Positions 39,931-53,016 of a stretch of 64,000 bases of DNA are shown piece after piece. The notes under the pieces were generated by a model. The model was not told the DNA's origin, searched no databases, and was given only the letters and a program-made list of their open reading frames with translations. How positions within the stretch are numbered: the stretch's first letter is position 1; every line of letters begins with the position of its first letter. Both the position numbers and the translations under genes were made by a program. Source of the stretch: Vicugna vicugna (taxonomy: Eukaryota); NCBI GenBank assembly GCA_013265495.1, contig MU058781.1, positions 4,775,050 to 4,839,049 on the forward strand, given 5' to 3'.

Positions 39931-42900
39931 TCTAAACAACACTTATTTTTAACACACGCTTGAAAGTGCTTTTTAAAAACCACTAGGAAAAAGAAGATAT
40001 TGGAGGATTTCCTAGTGTTCCTGGTGCTGGACCAGTGGTAGCAGCTGATGGAGAAGAGAGGTAGAAGGATGGAAAGGAAGGAGGGAAGGGGGAGAAGGGT
40101 AAGAAGAAAAGTGAGATAGGAGGGGCGGGGACAGGAGCAGGAACCTGACTCCCAGGCTTTCGAGGGTGGGCCTGTGCTGGGCTAAGGGGAGCAATGAGCC
40201 CTAAGAACTCGCATCATTCCCTCTCCCAGGAGTGGATGAGCTGTCACCGTGTCATCCTCACTCCTGCTAGGCTTGGCACCGGGAGAGGCAGGGGGACTCC
40301 TTGGCCAAGAAAGCTGTCCTACTGAGAAGGGATGAAAGCTGCCAAGACACAGCTGGGAGAAATCCACACATCCTTTACCCTCGAACGGTATTTGAGCCCC
40401 CAGTAAGGAAACCGTGTCACTGCTAACAACAGTAGTACAAACCTATGCTGACCGGGTGTGAACTAAGTACTACGCCGAGCACTTCCTTTCTACAATGACT
40501 GTTCCTTGACGGTAACGTTACTGGCCCCATTTGAGAGAGGAGGAAACTGAGATTTTTCTCATTGTTTAGTGTCACTAAAGGTAAAGAGTTTGCCCAAGAC
40601 TATGCAATCAAGCAAAGGCATAGTCTTCAGTTGAACCCAGGTGCTCTGATTCCCAGAAGCCTGCCCTCTTAATCCCAGATCTTCCCCATGTGGCAGACGG
40701 TCCCTCTGTTAGTAATAATAGGTCTGCCTCTTACTGAGGTCCAGTGTGACACGTGAACTCTCCAGAGTTCACTCAGCTGAAGTTCTGTGGCAAAGGAAAG
40801 AGAACAGGCCTAAAAGCCAAAAGCCCCGCATCACGGAATAGTGTTCTGAGCAGGTTCCAGTAAATCTTGTCCACCTCGTTTCTCCGCGCCCGCCCATCTT
40901 TGAATTGACAAGATACATGAAAATGATCTCCAAGATTCCTTCCAGCTATGTAGTCCTGGGAGTTATTCACTATCAAGGGTGAATAACCCCCAAATAATTC
41001 CAGGCTAAGTCAGCACTAAGTATATAGCCCAAGGCACTTGGACAGGTTTTGTTTTGGGGTGTTTTTTTCCCTAAGGAGGAAAAAGGGCAAAAAAGATCAC
41101 TGCAGACTGTTACATCAGTGCAGGTTGTTCATGGAGAGTCAGAAAAGGGGGAGTTTATTTTCTCATGAGTTTGACAAAGAACTTTCCCGGGCCAGAGGCC
41201 CATGTGACTGTCTCCTTTGCTGGAACCAGACCTCCCTCCCTTAGGAGAACACACTCATTTCCCCCTTCGTAAAGGGGAAAGCGTCACACGCCCAAACCTG
41301 AAATCCTTCCAGTTTAGATGTGCTCTGTGCCTATGGAGGCTTTTACTCCCTCTTTCATGAAATGAATCATGAGTAATAATAGCCAGAGGGTGAGGAATTA
41401 CAGTCATGCCTTATTACTGAAGACGCGTCTTCACCCTAGCCGATGACGAAGCATTTCATCACCTGGAAGAGAGCCTCAGCCCCAGAATTTCACTCTTGCT
41501 TCCCCAGGGAAGGGCTATTCCAAGATGCTTGGAAGGGCAGAGGGGCCCAGCCTGGTTAGTCAACTGTGTCAGCCCATCCACCTCCTACTTAACTCATGAT
41601 TCAGCTCTTGGCCCCCCCCAAAACCGTCCTTTCTTTTTTTAATTTCTCTTTTTTTGTTTTGAGAGAGAGAGAGAGAAAATCCAAAAGTTAGTACTGACCT
41701 AGGAAAATGAATCAAATTTTCTCAGAACAGATGAAAATCAGAATGGGTGAAATAATAATTTTCAACTAAGTTACTTCCCCTTCTGGGCATTTGCCCAATC
41801 AAATAATCAGTAAAAGCCACTTATAGAGAGAGGTAAATGCAGGAGAGAGGCTGAGTGGCTGCTGCTTTTCAGCCTGGCTGAAGTTCCGTCTTGATTAATT
41901 CTTGTGTAATAAACCAGTCTCGAATTGAAACACTTGAGGGTGGTGAGGGAGAGTTCACACACATGGGACACAGGAAAATAAAATACATGAAAGGGGGAAA
42001 AAAGGATTGAATCAGCATTACTCACATATTATCTCTCTAGCCGCATCTCATCCTTTTGGTTTGAGAACTAATGTTTTTGTCACCACAAGTACAAATGAGG
42101 CTTATTCATTCAAAAGAGTCAGGTTTAGCCTGACCTCTTTACTAACTGGAAGCAGTGGATTGTTAAATCTAATAAGCATATGCACATTTGTTCTAGGAAC
42201 AAATAGCTTTGGGGTGCAATGCAAGATGACCTGCAATGAAAATAAAAATATTAAGTACTTAACATTTTACCATTAAGAGTAGTCCATTGTCAAGTCGTGT
42301 GGGATTTGATGTCTTATAATTTGATCCAGCTTCAATTACGTTCTGTTGTTGCTTTCAGCACCCACTCCGCCACCTTCACCACCCACCCCCAGTGCCCAGC
42401 CCCCCCTCAACAGGTCCTCATATTGCCCTTAAATGACTCTGAACCCACACACAGAAAAAGGAAGCCTGTTTGAGCTTCAAGTTATTGCCCCTTCCTCTCT
42501 TTAATTACTGTATATCCAAATGGTAAGTGATTTCATTTGCATTTGAAGGGACAATTCAAAGAATTGGGGATGGGAAGGGGAAATTCTTAAAATCTTTCCC
42601 TAAATATTCTGACAATATACACCCAAAGGAAGGGGCAGTCTCCAAGGTTAGCAAGTGTAATGATAGACAAAATAAAATATAAAGGACCACAAAAAACCCT
42701 CCAAAATACCTTATTCCGTAATCAGCAGCATATTACATAAAAAGCAGGCTATCCCAAATCTTGTTTTTTTTTTTCTTTCTCCCCCTTTGCCTCTTTTGTT
42801 AGGCTTTCTCCCTTTGGCCCATAGGTAGAGACTCTGGGACTTCTTTCAGAAAACAATGGTTATTATCTAAATTCTAAACTATTCCTTTCATCCTAAACCC

Positions 42901-43062
42901 TCCCAAAGACAAACAAGTCACCTCCCTCCCTGCCCCACCCTGGAGCACTTTATTTTAGTCATGCCATATATTTAATTCTCCCTAGATCTGTTTCCAAGGC
43001 TGAAAAGGAGTGTCCTCTGAAACGTCTCTACTGTTGATGGGTGTCACTTCTGTCCTTGTTTT

Positions 43063-43173
43063 AAGAAATTGTTTATTGAAGTGTAGGTGATTTACAATGT
43101 TAGTTTCAGGTGTACAGCAAAGTGATTCAGTTATACATACACATACACATATATTTTTCCTTTTCAGATTCTT
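43063..43173 (-). mobile_element. Very short LINE-1 3' end
   Basis: TTTATTGAAGTGTAGGTGATTTACAATGTTAGTTTCAGGTGTACAGCAAAGTGATTCAG; TSD TGTCCTTGTTTT at 43051-43062 and 43174-43185. Confidence 0.8.
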
Positions 43174-43835
43174 TGTCCTTGTTTTTTTTCCTGCACCCTT
43201 AAGGTGAAAGGGTAAAGAAGGAAGTCAAACTTGAGAAAGGTTAAACAAAGGCAGAATACTGTGGGTCCTCACTGACAGGAACCCGGGTGGCAATAGAGGT
43301 AATTTGCCTTATTTCTCTGTCCAACTCACCTCCAGAGGTGGTTCAAATCAAAGGTGATCCATTGAACCAAAGAGCTCAGCTCTGAAGTCTGGATTGGCGT
43401 CTTGGATCTCTTATTTTTCTCATTTATTGGTCAATTTAAAACTTTTAAATCAGCCTAGGCACCTACAATCTGCAAGGCCCTTAATCAAGGCGGTGGGTTT
43501 ACAGCAGTTCACATGACGAAGAATCAACACTTGTGGAACTTCCATTCCGCTAAAGGAGACCAAGATTCATCAAATAATTGAAAAACATCAACACTGATTC
43601 TTGTGTATAAGAATTGGAATATAGGTCAAACACAGAGACAGCCTTGCCTAGAAAGATACATTTATGCTAAGACCGATAGAAAGGTCTCAGATGGGGAGGA
43701 ATCAGAAGAACTGTTCCCAGGAAGGGCAAGTGGCAATGCAGGAGCCTGGCTCAGCGCTGGCTGAAAGGAGAGTCTGGTGACGGGAGCTTATTAGCAAGGG
43801 AGAAGGTGGTAGGAGATAAAGTTACAGTTTAAATC

Positions 43836-44216
43836 TGCTGGAGAACAAAAAGTCAGCTGGGTAAATTTTAAAGACCTTATTGGCTTTATTTAGCAATTTG
43901 GTAATCAGGCAGCATCCAGTCTGATAGAATGGAGCTCCAAAGACTTGTGCAATCCGAGACAGGGTTCTACAGACCAAAATGAGCAGAAACAAGGCATTTG
44001 CTGATTGGTTAAAGCAAAGTTACTCTCCTTATATGGAGCGAAGAGAAGGCTTGAGCTCGTGAGGTTAACTGACGCTGAGCAGACAAACACTGATTGGCTG
44101 ACCCAGGCCTTCCTTTTCTGGGAAAGCCAAGGGTAGAAAGTAGTTAAGTTTTGGTTTGCTGACCTGGGTCTTGGCATGAGCAGCTCCATCTTGGGCCCAA
44201 TCTGATTGCTTTAACA
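43836..44216 (-). mobile_element. ERV-class solo LTR inserted in an L2 remnant
   Basis: TG...TTAACA termini, GGCTTTATT (AATAAA on the minus strand), two CTGATTGG (CCAAT) boxes and CTCCATCTTG; subfamily not assigned. Confidence 0.6.
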
Positions 44217-45228
44217 AACACTATGGGAAGGCATGGGAGATTTTTACTCAGAGGAAGAACATTAGGGACTTACATTTTTAAAGGACCCCTTGAACCATCA
44301 GTTGAAGAATAGACTAAAGGTTAGAGTACCAGCCAGGAAACCAATAATCTGAGTAAACGGAAGATTAACTGGGATCATAGCAATAGGCGTTGAAAGAGGT
44401 GGGCAAATTCTGATTCAACTGGATGATTGTCACAGAGACCATAGGAAACAGCAGGCTAGTTAGTCATCAGCAGAATTGATCCTACTCACTTGTTTCACCA
44501 ACCAGCTGTATGGCCCTGGAAGCCTGTACAACCTCTGCTTCCAAACCTGTAACAGAGAACTACACCACCACCACCTTTCTATTCATCTCACAGAACCGGG
44601 GTGAAAATCAAATGGATAACAAGCATGACATCCCCTCTAAGAAAGTAAAAACAAACCAAAAAAATTTTTTAAATAAAAATAATTTTTTAAAAAAGTAAGA
44701 ACATTTCTAAAAACAAGGCATTTTTTCCCTCTTACCTAGCATGGACAAACACTGGCGTTGTTTAGGGAATTTTTAACATTGGAGTTGAAGAAGAGGTGCA
44801 CACGTAGACTGTCATAAACTGGCTCACTAAATTTTCAAAAGTTAAAACTAACCTTTAATCTCTGACAATTCATCACTTCAAGGTTTCGTCCTATCCCAGG
44901 ACATCATCGTGAGTACCAGGCACTGTCCCTTTGAAGATAGCTGAGACAGAGAGGAGAAATTCAAGATTCAGCAGATCCAAAACAAAGTTTTCAGGAAATA
45001 ATATCTGCTGGGGATGACCAGGAATGGTACAAAGGAAGGGCAACACGATCAAGTCTAAAAAGAACAGTCCATAGTTTTAGTCCCTTATTCTGTTGGCCTT
45101 TCATTCCTTCATTTGTCAAACACTGAATAGCACCTGCTGTGCGGGTAGTGTGTGAGGAATAAGGGATACACTTATAAAAAAGGCAGAAAGTCCCCACCTT
45201 CATGGTATATACTTCACTAAAAGTATAA

Positions 45229-45370
45229 AGGTAGATTGTACAACACAGGGACTATAACCAATATTTTATAAAAACTATAAATGGAATATAACCTTTAAAA
45301 CTGTGAATCATTTTGTTGTACATCTGAAAGTTACATGGTATTTTACATCAAATATACCCCCATTAAAAAA
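45229..45370 (+). mobile_element. Short LINE-1 3' end inserted in an L2
   Basis: TACAACACAGGGACTATAACCAATATTTT...CTGTGAATCATTTTGTTGTACATCTGAAA plus A tail; TSD AAAAGTATAA at 45219-45228 and 45371-45380. Confidence 0.75.
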
Positions 45371-45689
45371 AAAAGTATAATAGTGGAGACAAGTAAGTAC
45401 CCAGGGCAGTATAATAGTGGTACAGTAAAATAAATACAGGGTCAACAGAAGGCCTGACAAGGCCTCCAACCTAGTCTCATGGAATTAGAGATTTCCTGGA
45501 AGGAGTGATGTTTCCTGGAAGAAGGAAGCTGATGGGTGACCAGGTAGGATTAAGAGGGATGAGAGAGATGTGATATAAGTGTGCAAAGGCCCAGAGTAGA
45601 ATCCTAGGTGGAGTGGTGAGAGATGGGGCTGAACATGTAGGGGCTAGGTCAGCACCATTTTAAAGAAAGTTGACTTTAAGTGTAGGACA

Positions 45690-46216
45690 GGTCTTAGCCA
45701 TGCATTGCTATGTAACAAACCCACCCCGAGATAACAAAGCTTGGTGGCTTAAAATAACAGCAACCATTCATCTATTCGTACTTCTGCAATTTGGGCTCTT
45801 CTTTGCTCCAAGTGGTGCTGTCCTGGCTGGGGTGGTTAGACTGGGATTGGAGAATCTGACATCGCTTGGGTTCAAACATTCACGTGGCCTCACTTACTTC
45901 ACTGGTGCTGCAACATATGGGGGCTGGGTGGTCCTCTGTCTCTTCACGTGGCCTGTTATCATCTGGTAATCCAGCCCAAGTTTCTTTTCGTGGCAGTTGA
46001 CTCCCAAGCGAGGAAAAACAGAAGTGAAGCTCTTAACCCTGAGGGTTAAAAGTCCCAAAATATCATTTCCACCACTAACAACATTCTGTTGGTAAAAGCA
46101 AATCATAAGGCCCAGATTCAAGAGGAAGAGAAATAGATTCCACCTCTTCGTGGGAAGAGCACACACATGGGGCTGGGAGTGACTGTTGGCAGCCACCTTC
46201 GCAGACATCCACCACA
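45690..46216 (-). mobile_element. MaLR LTR (older MLT1G/H-like)
   Basis: TTGCTATGTAACAAACCCACCCC...GTGGCTTAAAATAAC...CATTCTGTTGGTAAAAGCAAATCATAAGGCCCAGATTCAAG...CCACCACA. Confidence 0.7.
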
Positions 46217-47459
46217 AGACAGAACCAGATGTGAATTGTGGGGAGGACAGTCTCTCTTCACTGCAGGGAGTGGATTGTAGCTGGGCAGGGTGTGGGAAGT
46301 AAGGCCGGTCTGTAGGGAATTACAGTGGAACAGGCCGGAGTTGAAGGTCTAGGCTAGTGGTGAGGACAGAAGAGAAGTGGATGGGTTTAAAGGATGCTTT
46401 ACAGGAGAAAGAGTCAGGTGACTGATTGGCTGTTAGGGCCAGGAGAAGGATGGGGAGAGAAGAGTCAAGAATGTCACCAGCATTCCTCCTTGATTTCAGA
46501 GCGGCTGCTGCTAGTTCCATGAGATCCCAACTCAAGGAAGCTATTCTTATTCCTAAATGAATTATGTCTTTCACCAATGCTCTGTCCTGCTAAGGAAGCC
46601 ATTCAAGTAGGGTTAGCTTGACTTCAGGGAATCCAAGTTAAACACGTTGCGCTTAAAGAGCCCAGTCAGGGACACTGCGTATGTGTGAGTGTCAAAAATG
46701 CAGCATGTCTGGTGGCTTGAAAGAGAGTGAGTGTGTTGGAAGGCGGAGTGGTCAGCCGGCCCCACCCCAACCCACTTCTCCTTTAGCCCCTGTGGAGAGA
46801 AGCCAGAGTGAGGCTATTCTGTCCCTCCTTGACCCCACACTGTGGGACTTTCTCCACTTCAGCAATCAGGAGACTCAGGCTGACCTATTTTCTCTCCGAC
46901 AGGTAGCCGGGGCCACCAGCTGGAGCAGGACTCTAACATACCTGAGGTAACTGAGTGTCTGGGAGGCTGCAGAAGCCATGGCTCCTGTCCCCAGCGAGCA
47001 AGACCCTGTTGAGAAAGCTTTTGCTCTAGGAAGCTGAGCTCGGATGGTCCGAGATGACAGACCTATGATTCTTGTTCAACAGGTCCATCGGGAAGCCCTG
47101 ATTCTTGGAGTAAGGACTCCTGAGAAAAACAAAAGTCTAGCCAAGCAGGTGAGGTTCCCAAGCCTCCCTTCACCTGAGGCCAGGGATGACAAGGACAAAA
47201 ATGCAGGGGGAACAGCCTCTCCCGTTGCACCTCCTCACCTTGGCACCTGGCACTTAGAATCTGGAACAGCTCCATTGTCTATTGATTCCTTAAGCTCTTG
47301 GGCCATTTTAGGTTGCATGAATTGATGTACTTCAATCTTGTACAAGATACAAAACTGGGCTCTTTTTTTTTTTCCATCTAAGCACTGAAACTAAGTTTTA
47401 AGAGAAGAAGAAACAGCTACAGAAACCAAACAAAGCAGCTCAAGAGAGCAAACAACGCA

Positions 47460-48200
47460 TCCAAAACTGAAATCACCGTCTTTCCCCCACCCCCAGTTTC
47501 CCCTCCAAAAACCGGTTTCCCCTCTGAACTTCCCTATTTCTGTCAACAGTAACAGCATTTTCTGAGCTGCCAAAGCTCAAAAAACTACGTATTTTAAATG
47601 ATGACCCTTCCCTGCCCCTTGTCCCCCATAACCACTGGCACCATGTCTTGCTAGTTCTTCCACTCAAAAGCTTTGTGAGTTCCCACAATCCTCGTCTCCC
47701 CCCAGGGTCTGGCCTTTCACTCTTCCGTCCTCTGAGTGCCCTGCTGGCGCCTCCCCTCCTTTCAGACTCCCATCAGAGGATTTCCATCAGACTGCTATCC
47801 TGGCCATGCCCCACTCCCTCACACCTTCTGCTTCTCTCCCATATCCTTTCATGACCTCATGCCTGCCATCTCTCCGAGATTCCCCTCTGGTCACCTAGTC
47901 TTGTCTACCTTTGCCCAAAGCCAACCAATCTGCTTGATTCTCACACTGCCCCCTGCTCTCTCTTGCTTTGGTGCCTCTGCACCTGCTGTTCCTCTGCCCA
48001 CTTCTGCATCTGGCTAACTCCATTTAGTCCTTCTGGTGTCCCTTCCTCTGAGAAGCCTTCCCTGATAGCCCAGGCTAGAAATTCCCCACTCTTCTACAGT
48101 AGAGTTTAAGACACTATGTTAGGATATTCTGTCTCCCATCGCTAGACCATGAGCTCCTCCAGAGAAGAGCTGCTCTCTTCCATCTCTGCCCTCAGAACAA
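47460..48200 (+). mobile_element. LINE-2 fragment
   Basis: CATCCAAAACTGAAATCACCGTCTTTCCCCC...TTCCCTATTTCTGTCAAC...CCTTCCTCTGAGAAGCCTTCCCTGA...CTAGACCATGAGCTCC. Confidence 0.65.
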
Positions 48201-49026
48201 GATAAAACAAAACAAAGCACACACTTTGGGGAGAAATTCTTAGTGAAGCTGGCTTCCTGGCACTACTTACTCTTGGTTCTCTCCTGAGACCCTCTCCCCA
48301 CTTCATAAGCACCTGTGTAGCAGGGCTGTTACCCTGACGCTTCTTGAATATGTACATATCTTGCTCCAGGCCACCCAGTTCCCCTTTGTTCCAGTCCTCC
48401 TCCCCCTTCCCCCGTTGTTCTGGGCCAGCCTAAACCTCTTAGTCTGTTTTGAAATCTCTGCTCAAGCTCCACCCCTTCTAGGATGCCTTCTCCACCCACT
48501 GGATCTCTCTCTCTTATCGGAATCCTATGGCATTTGTTAATCTAATCTGAATCTTTATTTGTACTTACCCATATGCCACCTTGTGCTGCTATTAATTTTT
48601 CTTGAGGATATATTTTTGTTCTAACTAGATTCTAGGGCAAGGGTCATTTCTTACACAGCTTTTTACTCCCTTCAGTATCAATTATCAGGCACATTATAGG
48701 CTCTTATAGTTAACAACTCATGGGAAAATATAAAATCATAGAAATATACAATCCAGCAAGAGCTATATTAAAATTTTTATCTTTAGCATACTGTCAAGAG
48801 TTGGAAAGGAAGTAGAAAAGAGGGTCCTGTCTTCATGAAGGAAGCTAAGACAATAACAAATAAATACTTAAGACAAGTGATTTTTTAAAAACTGCAGTTG
48901 TAAAGAAAGTTATTTACACAGAGATTTACTAGGTAATTTGGGAAATTCAAATCAGCTGTCAGGCCAAACTCAGTTCGCGTTTTTTTCCAGTTTCCACATC
49001 ACTCTTCCAAACGAAAATGTCTACAC

Positions 49027-49212
49027 CAGAGGCTTTCAGACTTAGATGAGCATCACGACCCCTGGGAGGGCTTGTTAAAACACAGATCGCTTCCTCCCGC
49101 CTCAAAAATCCTCATTCCGTTGGCCTAGGGTAAAGCCCCAAAATTTGCATTTCTTACAAGTCCCAGGTAATTCTGATACTGCTGGTCTGGAGCCTCACTG
49201 GACTGGACCATT
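49027..49212. mobile_element. MER5A-like hAT MITE
   Basis: GGAGGGCTTGTTAAAACACAGATCGC...AATTTGCATTTCTTACAAGTCCCAGGTAATTCTGATACTGCTGGTC. Confidence 0.75.
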
Positions 49213-51882
49213 TTGGAACATAAGCACAGATATTATTGAATTTTCTGTTGATACTTCTCCCCTCACCCACCACACCCCCCCAGAGTGCCTATCTTTTCTT
49301 TCAGATAGACTGTAATCTCCCACAGGACAAGGACTATTTTATCATTGTTTTTCTAACCTTCTCAAATCCTCAAATCCTAGAACAGTTATACACAGAATGT
49401 AATTTAATACGTCTGTGAAAGCTGGAAAAGAAAGAAAATTGGATCCTTCATGGCAAAAAATAAAGGCAAAAGAAAATATTTGCATTCTTTCAAGTCTTGG
49501 TCAAATTAAAGGAAATAAATAGTACCAGTATTCATACTAGCGCCTTCCAAGGCAGCCCGTTCTCCTCAATGAGACTGAATTCTTCTCGAATTAAAAGGAT
49601 TGTCCGTGAGATCTACACTACATGACTCAGTCGACTCGTTCGAGCACCCCAACCCTGCAACAATCTGAAGCAGTTTAAACATGAATGAGCAGCACTCTGC
49701 AGGATTTATCACATTTGCGACACGAAAAACAAGCCGTTTGGCAGGGAACAAATGATATTACAGGGCCCAAAGGTGAGTAATTGGCCCTAATGGCTTGGAA
49801 ATAAATTTGAATTCGCATTGGGTAGGCTGTATAAATATCTACTGTATAACTGAATGCCTGGTGCTTTTGGGGATGGGGGCAGGTGGATTGCGGGCAGTGG
49901 GGAGGGGACGGCGTGGGGAGGAGAGAGCATTGTTGTCTGCTGCCCCCTCGCAGCTGGTGCTCTTCCCAGTTTCTTCTCCTCCCCAAGCTGAGTGACAGTA
50001 GGTTAAAGGAATTGCTGAAGCAGGGACGATCAGCGAAGAAAGTGACAATTCATAGCCTATTAACCTTGGATTTTGCAAGGTGTGCCACTCCCAGGATTCT
50101 CCTCTGCAGCTGATTTTAAAATCGCAGCTGTGAAAGAACCCCCTCCAGATCAGTCCTGAGACTTCTGTGTTTGGCTAAGACTGGCAAAAACTGGAAGAAT
50201 CTCCTGGGGGGTCCCGGAAAGGTAACTCAGCTGAAGAAAGACTCCTTTGTGGACCCGAGAGGCCAAATGAATGATGGTTACTGGTTTCTGGGATGTATGC
50301 CTTTTCCCCAAGTGTTCAGAGGAATGGGTATAGTCTTTGTTCGTTGGACATTCACTGATTCCATCAGTCCAAAAATATTGCCCGGGAGCCTGTTCTACCC
50401 TTCACTTGGGTGTACAGTCAAGAATGGAACAAAGGCTCTTCCCTCTTGGAGTTTGCAGTCTTAGTGCCTTTCTAAACTGGGGTGACCATCCTTGACAGTG
50501 TGCCCAGCACTTTCAGGGCTAATACCAGGAAAGTCTCAGACAAACCCAAAGGTAGACTCGTACCTGCGCCCACCATTCCCTGGTCATGGCTGGCATTCAT
50601 GAGCTTAGGCTCAAGAATCCATAATAAAGGACTCTGCTTCATTAAAAACTGTAGAAATAGGTCTGTGTCACATACTAAAGGAGATCTACAGTGATACCTG
50701 TGTTACCATACTGTTTTTCCTTTGAGTTGGTTTTTTATGTATCTAATATTCTTTCCCTCATCAAAATCCATACTAGGGTATGTGAGAATTTCTCCATTTT
50801 GTTGTTAAGAAAGCTGAGATGTAAAAGATACTTCATTAAAAGTGTCATACATATCAACACTTCCTTATTTTGCTTCCTTAGACCTTGCTAGAAGTCTGGG
50901 TTGCTAATCTCTAATACTTAATTTATGATAACGTATTAATGACTGATAACAGTTTAATAACTCTCTCATAGAACTTTCATGTAAAGATAGATTCCTAGAT
51001 CTTAGAGTGTCTTATCCCAAAGGGAGTAATTTTCTTTCTTTTCAAGAATGGTATTGTAATGTAGAATTCTATGTAGGCCAATTAACTACCTAAAAGGGCA
51101 GCAAATGCTCTGTGGTCAACCTTGACCTTAGATTTAAGAAAGGAGATATTTTAAGTGCTTCTCTTCACCTACATAATGATTTTAGCTGTGGATAGATAAC
51201 ATAAACTAGTTACTTTTGGGAATGTAAAGGCCATTATGTTGGGCTTTTAAAATTACTGGTGACTGTTAGAAAAATGGAAGTTATGCTTCAATAATACTCT
51301 ACTACAGTATAAGCCCACCTACTAAACCAGCAAAATCAAATACTTTGGCTGCTTATTTGTTTAAAAATTTAAGGAAGAAAAGAAAATATTTTAGGCAGAA
51401 AAAGACATTCCATCTTTTTGAAACTCATCTTTCCCTATTCTTTAGGAGAAAAACCCCTCAGGTGGCCAACTGTGGAGATGGATCTTGGGGAAAAGCAGGA
51501 ACCTTGCCTGAAACCTGAAGAGGACCAGGTAGTTTTCTTAAAAGAGACACCCTTGTCCCCTCTGCGGCTATTAGACCCATCCTTGGGCCACAATACTGAA
51601 AATTGAGATGCTTCATCCCTTCTCCCCACCCTGCCCCAATTGCCAAGCTCATATACCCTAGAAGGTTGTAAATCTTTGGATCAAGTAGACCATGGCTAAC
51701 AGATCAAGTGCTGGGAGTGTACCCTAGTCTCACCTACCTCAAACTGCAAATTCATGTCACAGGGGACGTGGATGCCACAAGAGATCCACACAGCCTATGC
51801 TCATTACTAGAAAAACAACTCAACCTCAAGCCCTTTTGGCCCTTGGTCAATTTCACTTGAAAGGTTAAATTTACAAGCTAAC

Positions 51883-52262
51883 TGTGCTAGTTTGCTGGGG
51901 CTGCCATAACAAACTACCAAAGGCTAGGTGGCTTAAATAACAGAAATTTACTTACTTGAATCTTTGGAGGCTGGAAATCTAAGACCAAGGAGTCTGCCAA
52001 CACATTTTCTTCTGAAGCCTCTCTCCTTGGCTTGTAGACGGCTGTCTTCTCCCTGTGTCTTCCCTCTCTGGGTGTCTGTGTTCAAATTTCCTCTTCTTAT
52101 AAGACACCAGTCATATTGGATTTGGGCCCGCTGTAATGACCTCATTTTAACTTAATTACCTCTCTAAAGATCCCGTCTGCAAATATGGACACATTCTGAG
52201 GTACTGATGGTTAGAACTTCAATGCTGTAATTTTTTGTAGGGACACAATTCAATCCATAACA
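51883..52262 (-). mobile_element. MaLR solo LTR (MLT1B-like)
   Basis: TGTGCTAGTTTGCTGGGGCTGCCATAACAAACTACC...CTTCTTATAAGACACCAGTCATATTGGATT...GGACACAATTCAATCCATAACA. Confidence 0.85.
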
Positions 52263-52944
52263 GCAGCAGACAAATATCATTTGTCAGATGAATATATCCA
52301 TACTGGTCTTGAGCTTTAGACTCACTTTGTGAAAGTGTCTGGGCGTGTTTTGGTACTGAAGTGATATGAAATGTTTCATTTCATTCTCTCTTCTTTGGAC
52401 ATTTCATAAGAGAAGTGCTGGCTGGGAAGCAAAATGGAGATCTCTTAAGTGCCACTTGTCAATCAGTTTCACTTCCTCAGTAATTGCAACTCCTTGGTGG
52501 GAGCTGACCTCTTAGAGCACTCCAGATGCAGAGAATTATTTGTGAACAAAATGATAATTGGCACAGTGCCAGATTCCATTCATTTATTTAAGAAGCATTT
52601 ATCTACCATGTGGAGATACTTTGCTAGGTAAGTGCTGGGTACTTTGCAAGTGGGTAAATGGAGACTATAAGGAATATGATTCTGACTACCTATGTCTGAG
52701 GCCTGGAAAATTTCAGGACAGCTGTAGGCACATTGACGGGGCTGAGAAATCGCCAAGGATCTGTTCTCTAGTAACATCAAAGAATCTTAGCCTTCTTCCT
52801 TCTGGTTTCTCCTGCCCTCCAGTTGAGAAAATCCCTTGAGACCCTTTTGGGTCCTAAGTTGCTTGAGAGATATGGATTCTTGTCCTAACTCAGACCCTAG
52901 TCTCATCTTCAGACATATTGACCCAGAGTACCTTAAACATATGC

Positions 52945-53016
52945 TGTGACCAATGTTTGTTCTATTTCTTTTCGTCTACCTGTGACCAATGTTTGTTCTA
53001 TTTCTTTTTGTCTACC
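52945..53016 (+). repeat. 36-bp tandem duplication followed by (TATC)n
   Basis: TGTGACCAATGTTTGTTCTATTTCTTTT(C/T)GTCTACC occurs twice; the single difference is a CpG to TpG change. Confidence 0.95.
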
